Source of the DNA: a virus
Length of the DNA stretch: 64,000 nt
IMG/VR virus record: IMGVR_UViG_3300025030_000010
Location: 1-64,000 of that record
Strand: one strand, 5' to 3'
Of this stretch, positions 48,185 through 56,371 are shown piece after piece. Position 1 is the stretch's first letter. Each line of letters begins with the position of its first letter. The notes under the pieces were generated by a model. That model saw only the letters and a list, made by a program, of their open reading frames with translations, was not told the origin of the DNA and did not search any database. Position numbers and translations under genes: made by a program.

Positions 48185-48763
48185 CTACAGCTCGATTCTT
48201 GTGAAGCGATGATTCACGCCTTCTTGCAGCAGCGCCACAGTGGTCGCTTTCTCGAAGAACGTCTTGATCTGGTCTTCGTTGGCCGGAATGAAGGGGCAGT
48301 CGAAACTCGAAGGAGTCAGATCGTCATATTCGCTGCCGTAAGCGTCACCAGCGAAAGTGATAAAGTCCTCGTCGTTATAAAGAACAACGGTGCCGCTAGG
48401 GTACTCTTTGTTCGTCATGCAAACGAGCATTACGGCGTCTTCAAGATCGACAACAGGCGCCTGCTTTTTCATGGGCTTCTTCTTCTGAGAAGACGGGAGC
48501 ACAGGAGTTTTGTGACCGAGAACGAGAAGAATCTCTTTCAGACATCTCGCCATAGTTGACGCTCCGTTGTCGCCAATTTCGATCAAGATTTCGTGCAACT
48601 TCATCTCCGATTCGGAGTAAATCACAGGCGCTAGCGGTTCTTCTTTGACGATGTTGGCGAGAGCTTCGAACTTCACTTTGAAATCCGCAGTGTTGTTGGA
48701 CACATGATCTTCGATAGCGTTGAGCAGCGCTTTGATTTCAGCTTCAGTCTTTTTGATAATCAT
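48185..48763 (-). CDS. Hypothetical protein
   Basis: AGGAG RBS. Confidence 0.6.
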   Translation of the reverse strand: MIIKKTEAEIKALLNAIEDHVSNNTADFKVKFEALANIVKEEPLAPVIYSESEMKLHEILIEIGDNGASTMARCLKEILLVLGHKTPVLPSSQKKKPMKKQAPVVDLEDAVMLVCMTNKEYPSGTVVLYNDEDFITFAGDAYGSEYDDLTPSSFDCPFIPANEDQIKTFFEKATTVALLQEGVNHRFTRIEL

Positions 48764-48785
48764 GACATGACTCCTTTTGGGTTAA

Positions 48786-49883
48786 CTACAGATCGAGAAA
48801 GCCTTTAAGCTTTTCCTTAGCGAATACGTTGATGTTATTCGTGGGTGGAGCAATGTACTCGTGAGAGAAGCAGATACGCTCTACGTCCGTCTTCCACGTC
48901 CCGCCTAGCTGCCCCGCATTCACAACACAATTGCTGTTGTTTGAAGATGTCGCTCTCCAGAGAGGAGACTTGTTTCTGTGAGCGCCGAGCTTAGGATGTG
49001 TGACTCGTGAGTAGTAGCGATAACCTGCATTGATGTAGAGCTGCGCGACTGCGTTGCTGAACTTAACGCCTAGACCCATGCCCTGATAGTCAGGAAGAAT
49101 TACAGTGCGATGCGAGCGATAAGCGTTCTTTACAGTACCAGAGGGGAGAGGGAGAACAGCGATGAAGCCGATGATATTTTCCTCGAACTTCAAAGCGAAG
49201 CATCTCGCCGCTTTGTTCAGTGCCGAAGTTAGGTAGTGATGTGACTTAAACATTTCCCACAAAAACGAATCGCATGTGAGTATGTCAAGCTCGATTTTTG
49301 GGACTGGTTGGGGTAACCTCCGTTTGTATTTCTTCGTGTCCGTATTGTAAATCCAATCGGGCTGAAGCCAGTCGATGATATCGAAATGGCACGAAGCAAA
49401 CACAACGTTAGTGAGGCCCTGCTTACGGATATACTTCGAGATTGCGAAAGCGCACGACTTAGCGACGTTTCTATCAACTACAGACGTGAACTCGTCTATG
49501 ACGCATCCTGACTTCAATTTACGGGCAAGATTCGCTCTATACTGTTCCCCGTTGCTGAGAACATGAAAGGGCTTGAGCCAGCTAGGGATTGAGTTGAGTC
49601 CTACGGAGGTGAGCTTGTCGATAGCTTCGTCTGCGCTGCTGAAGTGAGAAGCGATTGCTTTCTTGCCGTCCCAGATAATCTCTTCATCTTCACCGAAGTC
49701 TTCGAGCAAGAGAGATTTGCCTGAGCCAGAAGCTCCGACGATTAAGCCGATGTTGAATTCGCCTGTGATGGTGGGTTTTTTGTGAAGAGTGAAAGTCGTT
49801 TCGCCTGTGAACTCGTAATCGAAAATCTTGCCTATCTCTTGCGATATGGCATCGAGTTTCACTTTAGACTTGATTTCAGCCAT
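48786..49883 (-). CDS. ABC-type ATPase fused to a GNAT acyltransferase
   Basis: Walker A GASGSGKS, signature LSNGE, Walker B IDEF, H-loop ASCH; HHYL and acyl-CoA-binding RTVILPDYQGMGLG. Confidence 0.85.
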   Translation of the reverse strand: MAEIKSKVKLDAISQEIGKIFDYEFTGETTFTLHKKPTITGEFNIGLIVGASGSGKSLLLEDFGEDEEIIWDGKKAIASHFSSADEAIDKLTSVGLNSIPSWLKPFHVLSNGEQYRANLARKLKSGCVIDEFTSVVDRNVAKSCAFAISKYIRKQGLTNVVFASCHFDIIDWLQPDWIYNTDTKKYKRRLPQPVPKIELDILTCDSFLWEMFKSHHYLTSALNKAARCFALKFEENIIGFIAVLPLPSGTVKNAYRSHRTVILPDYQGMGLGVKFSNAVAQLYINAGYRYYSRVTHPKLGAHRNKSPLWRATSSNNSNCVVNAGQLGGTWKTDVERICFSHEYIAPPTNNINVFAKEKLKGFLDL

Positions 49884-49914
49884 GCTGCACCTCCGTTGAA
49901 TCGGATTTTGAGTC

Positions 49915-49950
49915 AAAAAGAGGGCTCCCCGCGTTTGCGGAGAACCCTAC
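49915..49950 (-). terminator. Rho-independent terminator
   Basis: - strand AGGGTTCTCCGC-aaac-GCGGGGAGCCCT followed by CTTTTT. Confidence 0.7.
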
Positions 49951-49987
49951 TTCTTTGCTTAACTTGTCAATGCTGCCGGCGCCGTTC

Positions 49988-50830
49988 TTACTCGCCCAGA
50001 TACTTGATCTTGCTGTTCTTCACTTCGACCATGCCGAGAGCTGTCAAGAGCTGCATCGAGCGATCAACGATACGTGCGGACTGGTCGATGCCGGAGTTGC
50101 CGCCCTTCTTGGAGTAGAGATCGTCCGCTTTGCTGATCAGATCGTCCTCGGTCAGCGCTTTGCCTTCTTTGAGCACTGCGGCGACGGACATGTAGCGGGT
50201 GAACTTCTCGCTCTTCTCTTTCTTCGCAGGAGCCGCCTTAGCTGCTTTCGCGGGCTTCTCTTTCTCTGCCTTGGCCGGAGCTTTCTCGCTCTTCGCCGGA
50301 GCTTTTTCTTCTTTTGCTGCTTTGCCCTTTGCGCCTTTGGCGGGCTTCTCTTCTTTCTCTTCTTCTTTCTCGGGCTCGGGCTCTTCTGCCTCAGCTTCGC
50401 GAATCAGGTCGCGGACTGCGTCCTCGTCCATCTTCTTGGTGACCTTGATGTCCAGGTCGTTCTCTTTGATGTAGCTCTTCAGGCCGTCCATGTCGAGGTC
50501 TGCAAGCTCGTCGCCGTCGCCGTCGCCTTCTTCTTCAGCAATTTCGATACCCAGGGCTTCGAGGGTCTTTTCAGCGTCCTCGGAGAAAACGACTTTCTCT
50601 TCGTCCTCGGGGTCTTCCTGGAAGTCGGTGTCGTAGATGCAGGGCTCGCCGGACTCGGGGTCAACTGCTTCTGCTTTGATCATCTCAAGCAGCGCTTCAT
50701 CGGTGGTCTTGCGGTTGAACTTGATCGCCGGGTCAAGACCCATAACCTCGTTCATCTCTTTCGCCAGTGCTTCGAGTTCTGCGCGAGTCACTTCCGGCGC
50801 TTTAGCTGCTTTTACTTTTTCTTTCGCCAT
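49988..50830 (-). CDS. Acidic/Lys-rich multidomain protein with HeH/SAP-like helical repeats
   Basis: Own promoter and terminator; TRAELEALAKEM and DMDGLKSYIKENDLDI...DEDAVRDLI repeats; PAKA linker. Confidence 0.65.
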   Translation of the reverse strand: MAKEKVKAAKAPEVTRAELEALAKEMNEVMGLDPAIKFNRKTTDEALLEMIKAEAVDPESGEPCIYDTDFQEDPEDEEKVVFSEDAEKTLEALGIEIAEEEGDGDGDELADLDMDGLKSYIKENDLDIKVTKKMDEDAVRDLIREAEAEEPEPEKEEEKEEKPAKGAKGKAAKEEKAPAKSEKAPAKAEKEKPAKAAKAAPAKKEKSEKFTRYMSVAAVLKEGKALTEDDLISKADDLYSKKGGNSGIDQSARIVDRSMQLLTALGMVEVKNSKIKYLGE

Positions 50831-50891
50831 TGTTTCGTCCCTCTCCTTTAATATGCTGCTGAAATTTGCTAATGAATGAATCGATGTCCAC

Positions 50892-50934
50892 AATCTAATG
50901 AATTTCCAGTTTCAAGTCAACACAATTCATTAGA
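50892..50934 (-). promoter_or_regulatory. Promoter TTGACT-17-TAGATT within an 11-bp inverted repeat (putative operator)
   Basis: TCTAATGAATT (50894-50904) / AATTCATTAGA (50924-50934); -35 at 50915-50920. Confidence 0.6.
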
Positions 50935-50948
50935 GAAATGGAAAAAGA

Positions 50949-51251
50949 TTATTTCAGTTTAGAAACACGGAGTTGCTCGCGTCTATTGAGTTCTTTGCAA
51001 TAGGTGAAGGCTCTTTTTCGAGAGAAGAAAAACCCTTGATTGCCGCAAGCCTTCAAGTGAGAGCGGACAAAGCTCACAGGAACTTCGGTCACAATGCAGC
51101 CTCTGGGTGGCAACTTCGTCTTGTGACTGTGAAGAAATACCGTCATAACAGAGTGACGAAATCTGTATCTCTCTGGTGCAGCTCCGCAACTCACAACGAA
51201 GAGCGTTTGTCCTTGTTTGATGTTATATGCGTTGGGTCTACCTTTTGCCAT
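50949..51251 (-). CDS. Hypothetical basic protein
   Basis: AGGAGA RBS. Confidence 0.5.
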   Translation of the reverse strand: MAKGRPNAYNIKQGQTLFVVSCGAAPERYRFRHSVMTVFLHSHKTKLPPRGCIVTEVPVSFVRSHLKACGNQGFFFSRKRAFTYCKELNRREQLRVSKLK

Positions 51252-51267
51252 TGTGTCTCTCCTGTAT

Positions 51268-52797
51268 CTAGTAAGATGCAATATAAGCAGCGCCTATCTG
51301 AAGACACTGAAGAACGTGAACACAGCGCTGATCGTTGAACTCGTCTTCACGAACAACGATAGGACCCACGCGCAGAATTCCACGCTGCTTCTCGTCTCCG
51401 TATTGATTCAGCGCATACATGGCCGTTACATGAGCAAATTTGCGCTTATCTTCGCTGAAGTGCTCACGAGTGATAAGCGGAACTAAAGCGCTCGCTGCGT
51501 CTGACTGTGTGAGAGATATGAAGCAGCAGTGAAGCTCTTGTGAAAGTCTGCGACCCGCTTTCCACTTTTTGTTCTCGATACTACGTGAGTCCGAGCCGCT
51601 GTTTTCTTCAGGAGCTTTGATGTCCATGTAGTCGCTGAGAATGACATCTGGAACGAAGCCCTCGGTACGCTCCCAAATGTCAAGCTGTCTCTTCATGCCG
51701 CTAACGCTAAGTGTATCGCTCGGGAACGTCGCCAGCTTAAAGCCTTTTGCTCTGATGCGCTTCTTGTACTCTTTCCCCGCCGCGAGTGCTTCTCTCCACG
51801 TTAGCGGCTTAACTGCCGGACGTTTCTTGTGCCAAACTGCGCCTTGAAACTCTCGCGGATCGTCTTTCTGACAGACGGTGCAAACGACATGATCTGGAGC
51901 GTCTTCGAATTCAAACACACCCTCGGAATCGACAATGGCGTAGCCGTGAGACTTGCGGCACTTCTTGGTACAAATGTCTTTCTGGTTCTTCTCGCAGTCG
52001 AGAATCGGAATCAGAAGTTCGCCGCAGTATTTCGCCATGTCAGACTTGCGAGAAAGAGATATGTGAATTCGTCTCACCTGCTGATCTTTGGACATATCCC
52101 CACAAGAGAAGAAAGCGACATTGCAGCGAGCTTTGTGGGCAAACATCGAAAGCATCTGAATCCACCACGTCTTGCCTCTTTTCTCAGGAGCCATGAACAC
52201 AACGAATGAATCTCGTGTGAACTGATCATTGAGCAATCTGCCGAGAGCGCCAGGGAGTTTGAACAGCGGCTCACTCTTGTTCTCAAAGGCAGACTGAATC
52301 GACTCTTCATCATCGAACGGGTCTATGCCCTCTGTGACCTCTCTTTCGACTTTGTGATAGTCGGCTATCGCGTCTTCTGCGGCTTCGATGTCGTTCTGTT
52401 CAAGACAGAAATCAAGCTCGTCTCTGAGGTTCTTTGCAGAGCGAAGCTTAAAATACTTAACGGTCTTGTCCATCAAGTATTCAACATTGAACTTTTCAGC
52501 GTGCTCGAACTCGTCCGAGAGAGTATCCAAGAACTCTTCGATGTAAGTCACAAGCTCGTCGTCCGGCTTAGTCTTCAGCCAGTCTTCGAACAGCTCTTTG
52601 ATATCCTCGTTCGGAGCTTTCTCATACTGCTGATAGAAGTCGATGCACCACTTCGCGATAATCGGCCCGTACTGTATCTCAAGAAGATCGGCAGTGTAGA
52701 GCTGTATCATCTCTCTGAGATACTGAGTCGAGACAATCATGCCGATGATTATCTGTCGTTCGATCAGCGTGTCTACTTTTCTGCGCTTTACTGCCAT
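51268..52797 (-). CDS. Replicative SF4 (DnaB-like) helicase
   Basis: Walker A APEKRGKT, SCGDMS, Walker B ILSDYMD, LTQS, SEDKRK. Confidence 0.8.
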   Translation of the reverse strand: MAVKRRKVDTLIERQIIIGMIVSTQYLREMIQLYTADLLEIQYGPIIAKWCIDFYQQYEKAPNEDIKELFEDWLKTKPDDELVTYIEEFLDTLSDEFEHAEKFNVEYLMDKTVKYFKLRSAKNLRDELDFCLEQNDIEAAEDAIADYHKVEREVTEGIDPFDDEESIQSAFENKSEPLFKLPGALGRLLNDQFTRDSFVVFMAPEKRGKTWWIQMLSMFAHKARCNVAFFSCGDMSKDQQVRRIHISLSRKSDMAKYCGELLIPILDCEKNQKDICTKKCRKSHGYAIVDSEGVFEFEDAPDHVVCTVCQKDDPREFQGAVWHKKRPAVKPLTWREALAAGKEYKKRIRAKGFKLATFPSDTLSVSGMKRQLDIWERTEGFVPDVILSDYMDIKAPEENSGSDSRSIENKKWKAGRRLSQELHCCFISLTQSDAASALVPLITREHFSEDKRKFAHVTAMYALNQYGDEKQRGILRVGPIVVREDEFNDQRCVHVLQCLQIGAAYIASY

Positions 52798-52799
52798 CG

Positions 52800-53189
52800 C
52801 TACACCCCTTCTTGTTCTGACATCATTTTTCTGACAGCCGTTTTCTGATTGTCAGTACCGACTTTCAAAATCAAATCGTGAAGTTGATTCTTTGCGTGAG
52901 TCGCTCCGTCTCCGACGCTCGTGTACTTCTTCAGATACGAGAGCGTCTGAAAGAGCGAATCGAGCAGACTCATTTCTTTCAGTCTCAAGCGCTCGACCTC
53001 TTTCATCATTGCTTCGATGAAGATGTTGCCGTAGAGAGACTTGCGATCAATGCGATACGTGTTGCCACGATGTCTGTAGCTGCCGATTGTCTCTGCGTTA
53101 GTTATCACCGCTTCTCTGTTGAATCTGAACGTCACGCCTTCATGCTCGCACTTGACTATGCCTTCCTCGTCAAACTTGAAATTGTTCAT
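52800..53189 (-). CDS. Hypothetical protein
   Basis: GGGGAG RBS. Confidence 0.55.
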   Translation of the reverse strand: MNNFKFDEEGIVKCEHEGVTFRFNREAVITNAETIGSYRHRGNTYRIDRKSLYGNIFIEAMMKEVERLRLKEMSLLDSLFQTLSYLKKYTSVGDGATHAKNQLHDLILKVGTDNQKTAVRKMMSEQEGV

Positions 53190-53372
53190 TTCGTCTCCCC
53201 TACAACTTGTTAAGAATTATTTCTTCGCCGTTGGACAATTTGAAATGAAACTCAGTGTGGTACTGAAGAGTGTGAATAGTAATGTTGACAATCAGGACAG
53301 CTTCTCCGTAATGAACGAGCTTGTCTCTTCGCTCGTATTTCTGTTTTAGATACTCTATCCACTGCGCTCTGT

Positions 53373-53645
53373 TCATTTCGTCTTTCTCCTTTCGAATGCG
53401 ATTTCACTCTGCCCCATCTTCAGCAGTAAAGCACGATGCTCAAAGAGATTCGGTATGGATTCACCCGCGTTGTGCCAAATCTTCGACATATTGCGAAAGA
53501 CCTTGACAACAATGGCAGTCTCTTCGTTCATGAACATCGGCACGGGCGGGAGCTTGAGTGTCTTATTCTGTTCGTCTGCCAACTTCTGTGCTTCTCTCAT
53601 GGCAAACTGATACGCTTCGAGCTGCTTCAGATTCAGTCTACTCAT
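53373..53645 (-). CDS. Hypothetical protein
   Basis: ATGA coupling with the upstream gene. Confidence 0.5.
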   Translation of the reverse strand: MSRLNLKQLEAYQFAMREAQKLADEQNKTLKLPPVPMFMNEETAIVVKVFRNMSKIWHNAGESIPNLFEHRALLLKMGQSEIAFERRKTK

Positions 53646-53944
53646 GATGCTATACCGAGCGTGCGTTTGATCAGAAGAGCATCCTCGGGCTTTGAGGTCA
53701 AGTTCATCGACTCGCTTTTATCGTAAACGAAGACATCAAGCTCGCCATCATCGTTGATATAGACGCGAAAGAATCCGGCGCTTGTTGCCTCTCTGATGTC
53801 GAACTTCCCTTCAGGACCCGAACGTCTGTCAGTGTCGCGATACTGAAGACGCATTACCACAGTCTCTGACAAAACCGAGTGAATCATAGTATCGGGGAAT
53901 AATACCGCTTCGATGTTTCCGAATGCAACATATTTCGATTTCAT
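53642..53944 (-). CDS. Conserved phage hypothetical protein
   Basis: KYV...VLFP...H...SAGF...SESMNL.S...D pattern. Confidence 0.6.
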   Translation of the reverse strand: MKSKYVAFGNIEAVLFPDTMIHSVLSETVVMRLQYRDTDRRSGPEGKFDIREATSAGFFRVYINDDGELDVFVYDKSESMNLTSKPEDALLIKRTLGIAS

Positions 53945-54059
53945 TTCCTGTGCTCTCCCTTGTGTTCGAAGTAGTTCAGTCTAGTCTGTCTATGCTTCAC
54001 GATGCTGTTGTCAAGTCCAAGCTATGTCCTTGATTAGGTAACGTTATCGAGATAATGTC

Positions 54060-54683
54060 TTATCTGTTCGTTCGTCTGTCTTTGCCCGAAAGTTCGATAA
54101 CTTCACACATTCCGCCTATTCGAGATGATATGCGAGTGTCGAGCTTTTCAGCAAGTGCAGGCAGATCGAAGTTTGAGGTAAAGACAGTGCGCTTCTCATT
54201 TGCCCAGCGATAGTCGATGATCTGATAAACGAGAGTCAATGCCCAGTCTGTTGCCTGTTCTACGCCGATATCATCGAGATAAAGATTCTCTACCTGCTGA
54301 TACGCTTCGACAATATCTCTTTCACTCTCAAAAGAGGACTTTGAGAATGTTTGACGAATGCGACTGAGTAGATTGATCATCGATGTGAATGCCACAACTT
54401 CGTTAAAGTTACGACTCATGGGGATGTTGCAGATGTCGTTGACGAGGAGGGAAACTGCGAGGTGAGTTTTGCCAGTTCCTGCGGGGCCGTAGATAAACAG
54501 GCCTATGTCGGTGGGGAATGTTGCTCTGTAGTCCTTCAGTCGAGCATTGTGAAACTTTGCGGGGATTGCGAGACACTCGGGTCCGAAATAAGTCGGCAGC
54601 AAAAGCTCACGATTACAAAAGTTGCAGCGTTCAGCGTTGCCACCACGAATTAAAATTGTTTCGTCTCCACATTTACATTTCAT
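54060..54683 (-). CDS. DnaC/IstB-like AAA+ helicase loader
   Basis: IPAKF..A, GPAGTGKTHLA, LDDIGVE, IIDYR, FTSN, RISSRI, GKDRR. Confidence 0.9.
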   Translation of the reverse strand: MKCKCGDETILIRGGNAERCNFCNRELLLPTYFGPECLAIPAKFHNARLKDYRATFPTDIGLFIYGPAGTGKTHLAVSLLVNDICNIPMSRNFNEVVAFTSMINLLSRIRQTFSKSSFESERDIVEAYQQVENLYLDDIGVEQATDWALTLVYQIIDYRWANEKRTVFTSNFDLPALAEKLDTRISSRIGGMCEVIELSGKDRRTNR

Positions 54684-54684
54684 T

Positions 54685-55593
54685 TTAGAGGTCCTCTGTG
54701 TTGATTCGTCTGTCAACGATGTTGTAAGTTTGATCTTTGGCAACGTGTCCTGGCTTTATCGAGTTGCCTCGAACTGGTCGCTTGTCACGTTGAATTGCAC
54801 TTTGAAGTTTACTGAACTTGGAACGAAACGACTTGGCACAATGACACTCAGGCACATATTCTTTGGCAATGTTGAGTTTGTACCACTCAAGTGTCTTGTT
54901 GATTGTTGCAACGTCAATCTGTTCAATTTGATGTAGCAGTCTGAAGTGTTTGCTCCATGATTGTAGTGTTGAATCTTTTTGTTTCTTTCTGCCTATTGAT
55001 TGTAAGATTTCGTCAAGCTTCTGTGCAAATGAGATGTAGCGTTTATCTTTCTCTTTTACTTCTGACAGAATTTCTTCCGCTTCCGCCGTCGCGACTGCAA
55101 GTTGCGACAAAGAGGTTTTTGACTTTGACTTAGACTTTGGTTCTCTCTCTTCTTCTCTCTCCTGGTTCCTATAAGTTTTTGAATACGACCCTATAAGTTT
55201 TTTTATACGGGTAAAATCCGATTCGATCAGACTACCCTCTTCATTCAAAACATCGTGTATCATCTCTACCATTTTCTTGTAGCGTTTCGGATATTCATCG
55301 TCAATAAATATCCGACGATCTACTTCTTTCGAACCGCGCTTCTGAGTAGTTTCAACTGTGATGAATCCCCATTCTTTCAGCGCTGCTATTGAGTTTGAAA
55401 TGGTTTGAGGCCCAACTTGAAGAAGCTGTCCTAACCATCTGTTCGAAGCGTAACACCCTCTGGAGCTTTGAGATAGATTCCTCAAGTATCCAAATAGAAC
55501 TCTCTCGGTCATTGTCAACTCTGGGTGAAAGAGAAGTTCAGCGGGTATTCCTATTGACGGTAGACCAAAAGGATCGTCGCGCTTTTCTATCAT
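54685..55593 (-). CDS. Phage replication initiator (N-terminal winged HTH; lambda O-like role)
   Basis: LTMTERVLFG, CYASN.WL...L, TISNSI..L...GFI; C-terminal SFRSKFSKL; directly upstream of the DnaC-like gene. Confidence 0.75.
   Translation of the reverse strand: MIEKRDDPFGLPSIGIPAELLFHPELTMTERVLFGYLRNLSQSSRGCYASNRWLGQLLQVGPQTISNSIAALKEWGFITVETTQKRGSKEVDRRIFIDDEYPKRYKKMVEMIHDVLNEEGSLIESDFTRIKKLIGSYSKTYRNQEREEEREPKSKSKSKTSLSQLAVATAEAEEILSEVKEKDKRYISFAQKLDEILQSIGRKKQKDSTLQSWSKHFRLLHQIEQIDVATINKTLEWYKLNIAKEYVPECHCAKSFRSKFSKLQSAIQRDKRPVRGNSIKPGHVAKDQTYNIVDRRINTEDL
55168..55209. repeat. Two 20-bp direct repeats at 22-bp spacing (candidate origin iterons)
   Basis: CCTATAAGTTTTTgaATACG and CCTATAAGTTTTTttATACG inside the initiator gene. 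Confidence 0.5.
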
Positions 55594-55817
55594 TGAATCA
55601 TTCTCTTTTCTCTGAGAGTTTTCATCGAACGCCTGACTGTGCTCTCCGACACGGCACATATCTTTGCAGTTTTTGCGATTGTGTTCGAATCGAGTTGAGT
55701 TATCGCGGCCCAGATGATTTTATCGTTAGATGATAAATCCGATCTTTCTAGCACCGCATTGATAACGAAACATCCTTGAAAAAATCCGTGAACGTCTAAT
55801 CTTTTGGACTCTGTCAA
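55590..55817 (-). CDS. Small HTH protein
   Basis: AGGAGGTG RBS + TTG; TIAKTAKICAVSESTVRRSMKTL HTH. Confidence 0.7.
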   Translation of the reverse strand: MTESKRLDVHGFFQGCFVINAVLERSDLSSNDKIIWAAITQLDSNTIAKTAKICAVSESTVRRSMKTLREKRMIQ

Positions 55818-55834
55818 TTTGACACCTCCTGAGC

Positions 55835-56021
55835 AAAAAAAATACCCGTCCCCAGAAGTGCCAGCTTCCGAGAACGGGTATTTAGGTAAAGCGAGATGTC
55901 TCGCTTCGACCGTTTCTTAAACTCATTCTGGCAAATGAGTCTGCATTGTTTGAGAGTTTGCGGAACGACAGGGGGCCGCTCCGCAAACTGGGTGTTACTC
56001 TGTGACGCTGGTTGCGTCGCA
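55835..56021 (-). ncRNA. Structured 5' leader / attenuator with five hairpins and complementary loops
   Basis: Stems at 56001-56021, 55955-55989, 55921-55940, 55889-55906 and terminator 55840-55883; loops UGCCAG and CUGGCA. Confidence 0.55.
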
Positions 56022-56034
56022 TTCAGAAAGCTTG

Positions 56035-56063
56035 ACGATACAGTATCATTAAGATGATGTCAA
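56035..56063 (-). promoter_or_regulatory. Sigma70 promoter TTGACA-17-TATCGT
   Basis: Consensus -35 at 56058-56063, -10 at 56035-56040. Confidence 0.65.
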
Positions 56064-56083
56064 CAACGTTCTCATGAGTTGAT

Positions 56084-56371
56084 CTAGTTGTTTCTCCAGT
56101 ATCTTTTCCCATCGTCACAAGACCAACAAGTTTGATCAGGAATGACTGTCACAACCGTTGTGACACCGACTGTGTTGCCGTTGATAGTGTTTCCGATTCC
56201 AGTGAGAGTCGAGCCTTCTCTGAACTCGACCGCTTTACAGTTGTTAGCTGCTGCGAATTCGCTCCACTCTTTCTGCTCTTGTGCATCGTACTTCACAACT
56301 AAGATCATGACCGCAAGTACCGCAATGCAGATAGCGTAAACTCCCCACAGCTCTTTCAGATGATTCACCAT
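56084..56371 (-). CDS. Small membrane-anchored protein
   Basis: TM helix VYAICIAVLAVMILVV; W..FAAANNCK...CDDGKRYWR. Confidence 0.6.
   Translation of the reverse strand: MVNHLKELWGVYAICIAVLAVMILVVKYDAQEQKEWSEFAAANNCKAVEFREGSTLTGIGNTINGNTVGVTTVVTVIPDQTCWSCDDGKRYWRNN

Noticed and set aside
48786-49883. ABC transporter
   Set aside because: No transmembrane or substrate-binding genes; the ATPase is fused to a GNAT domain.
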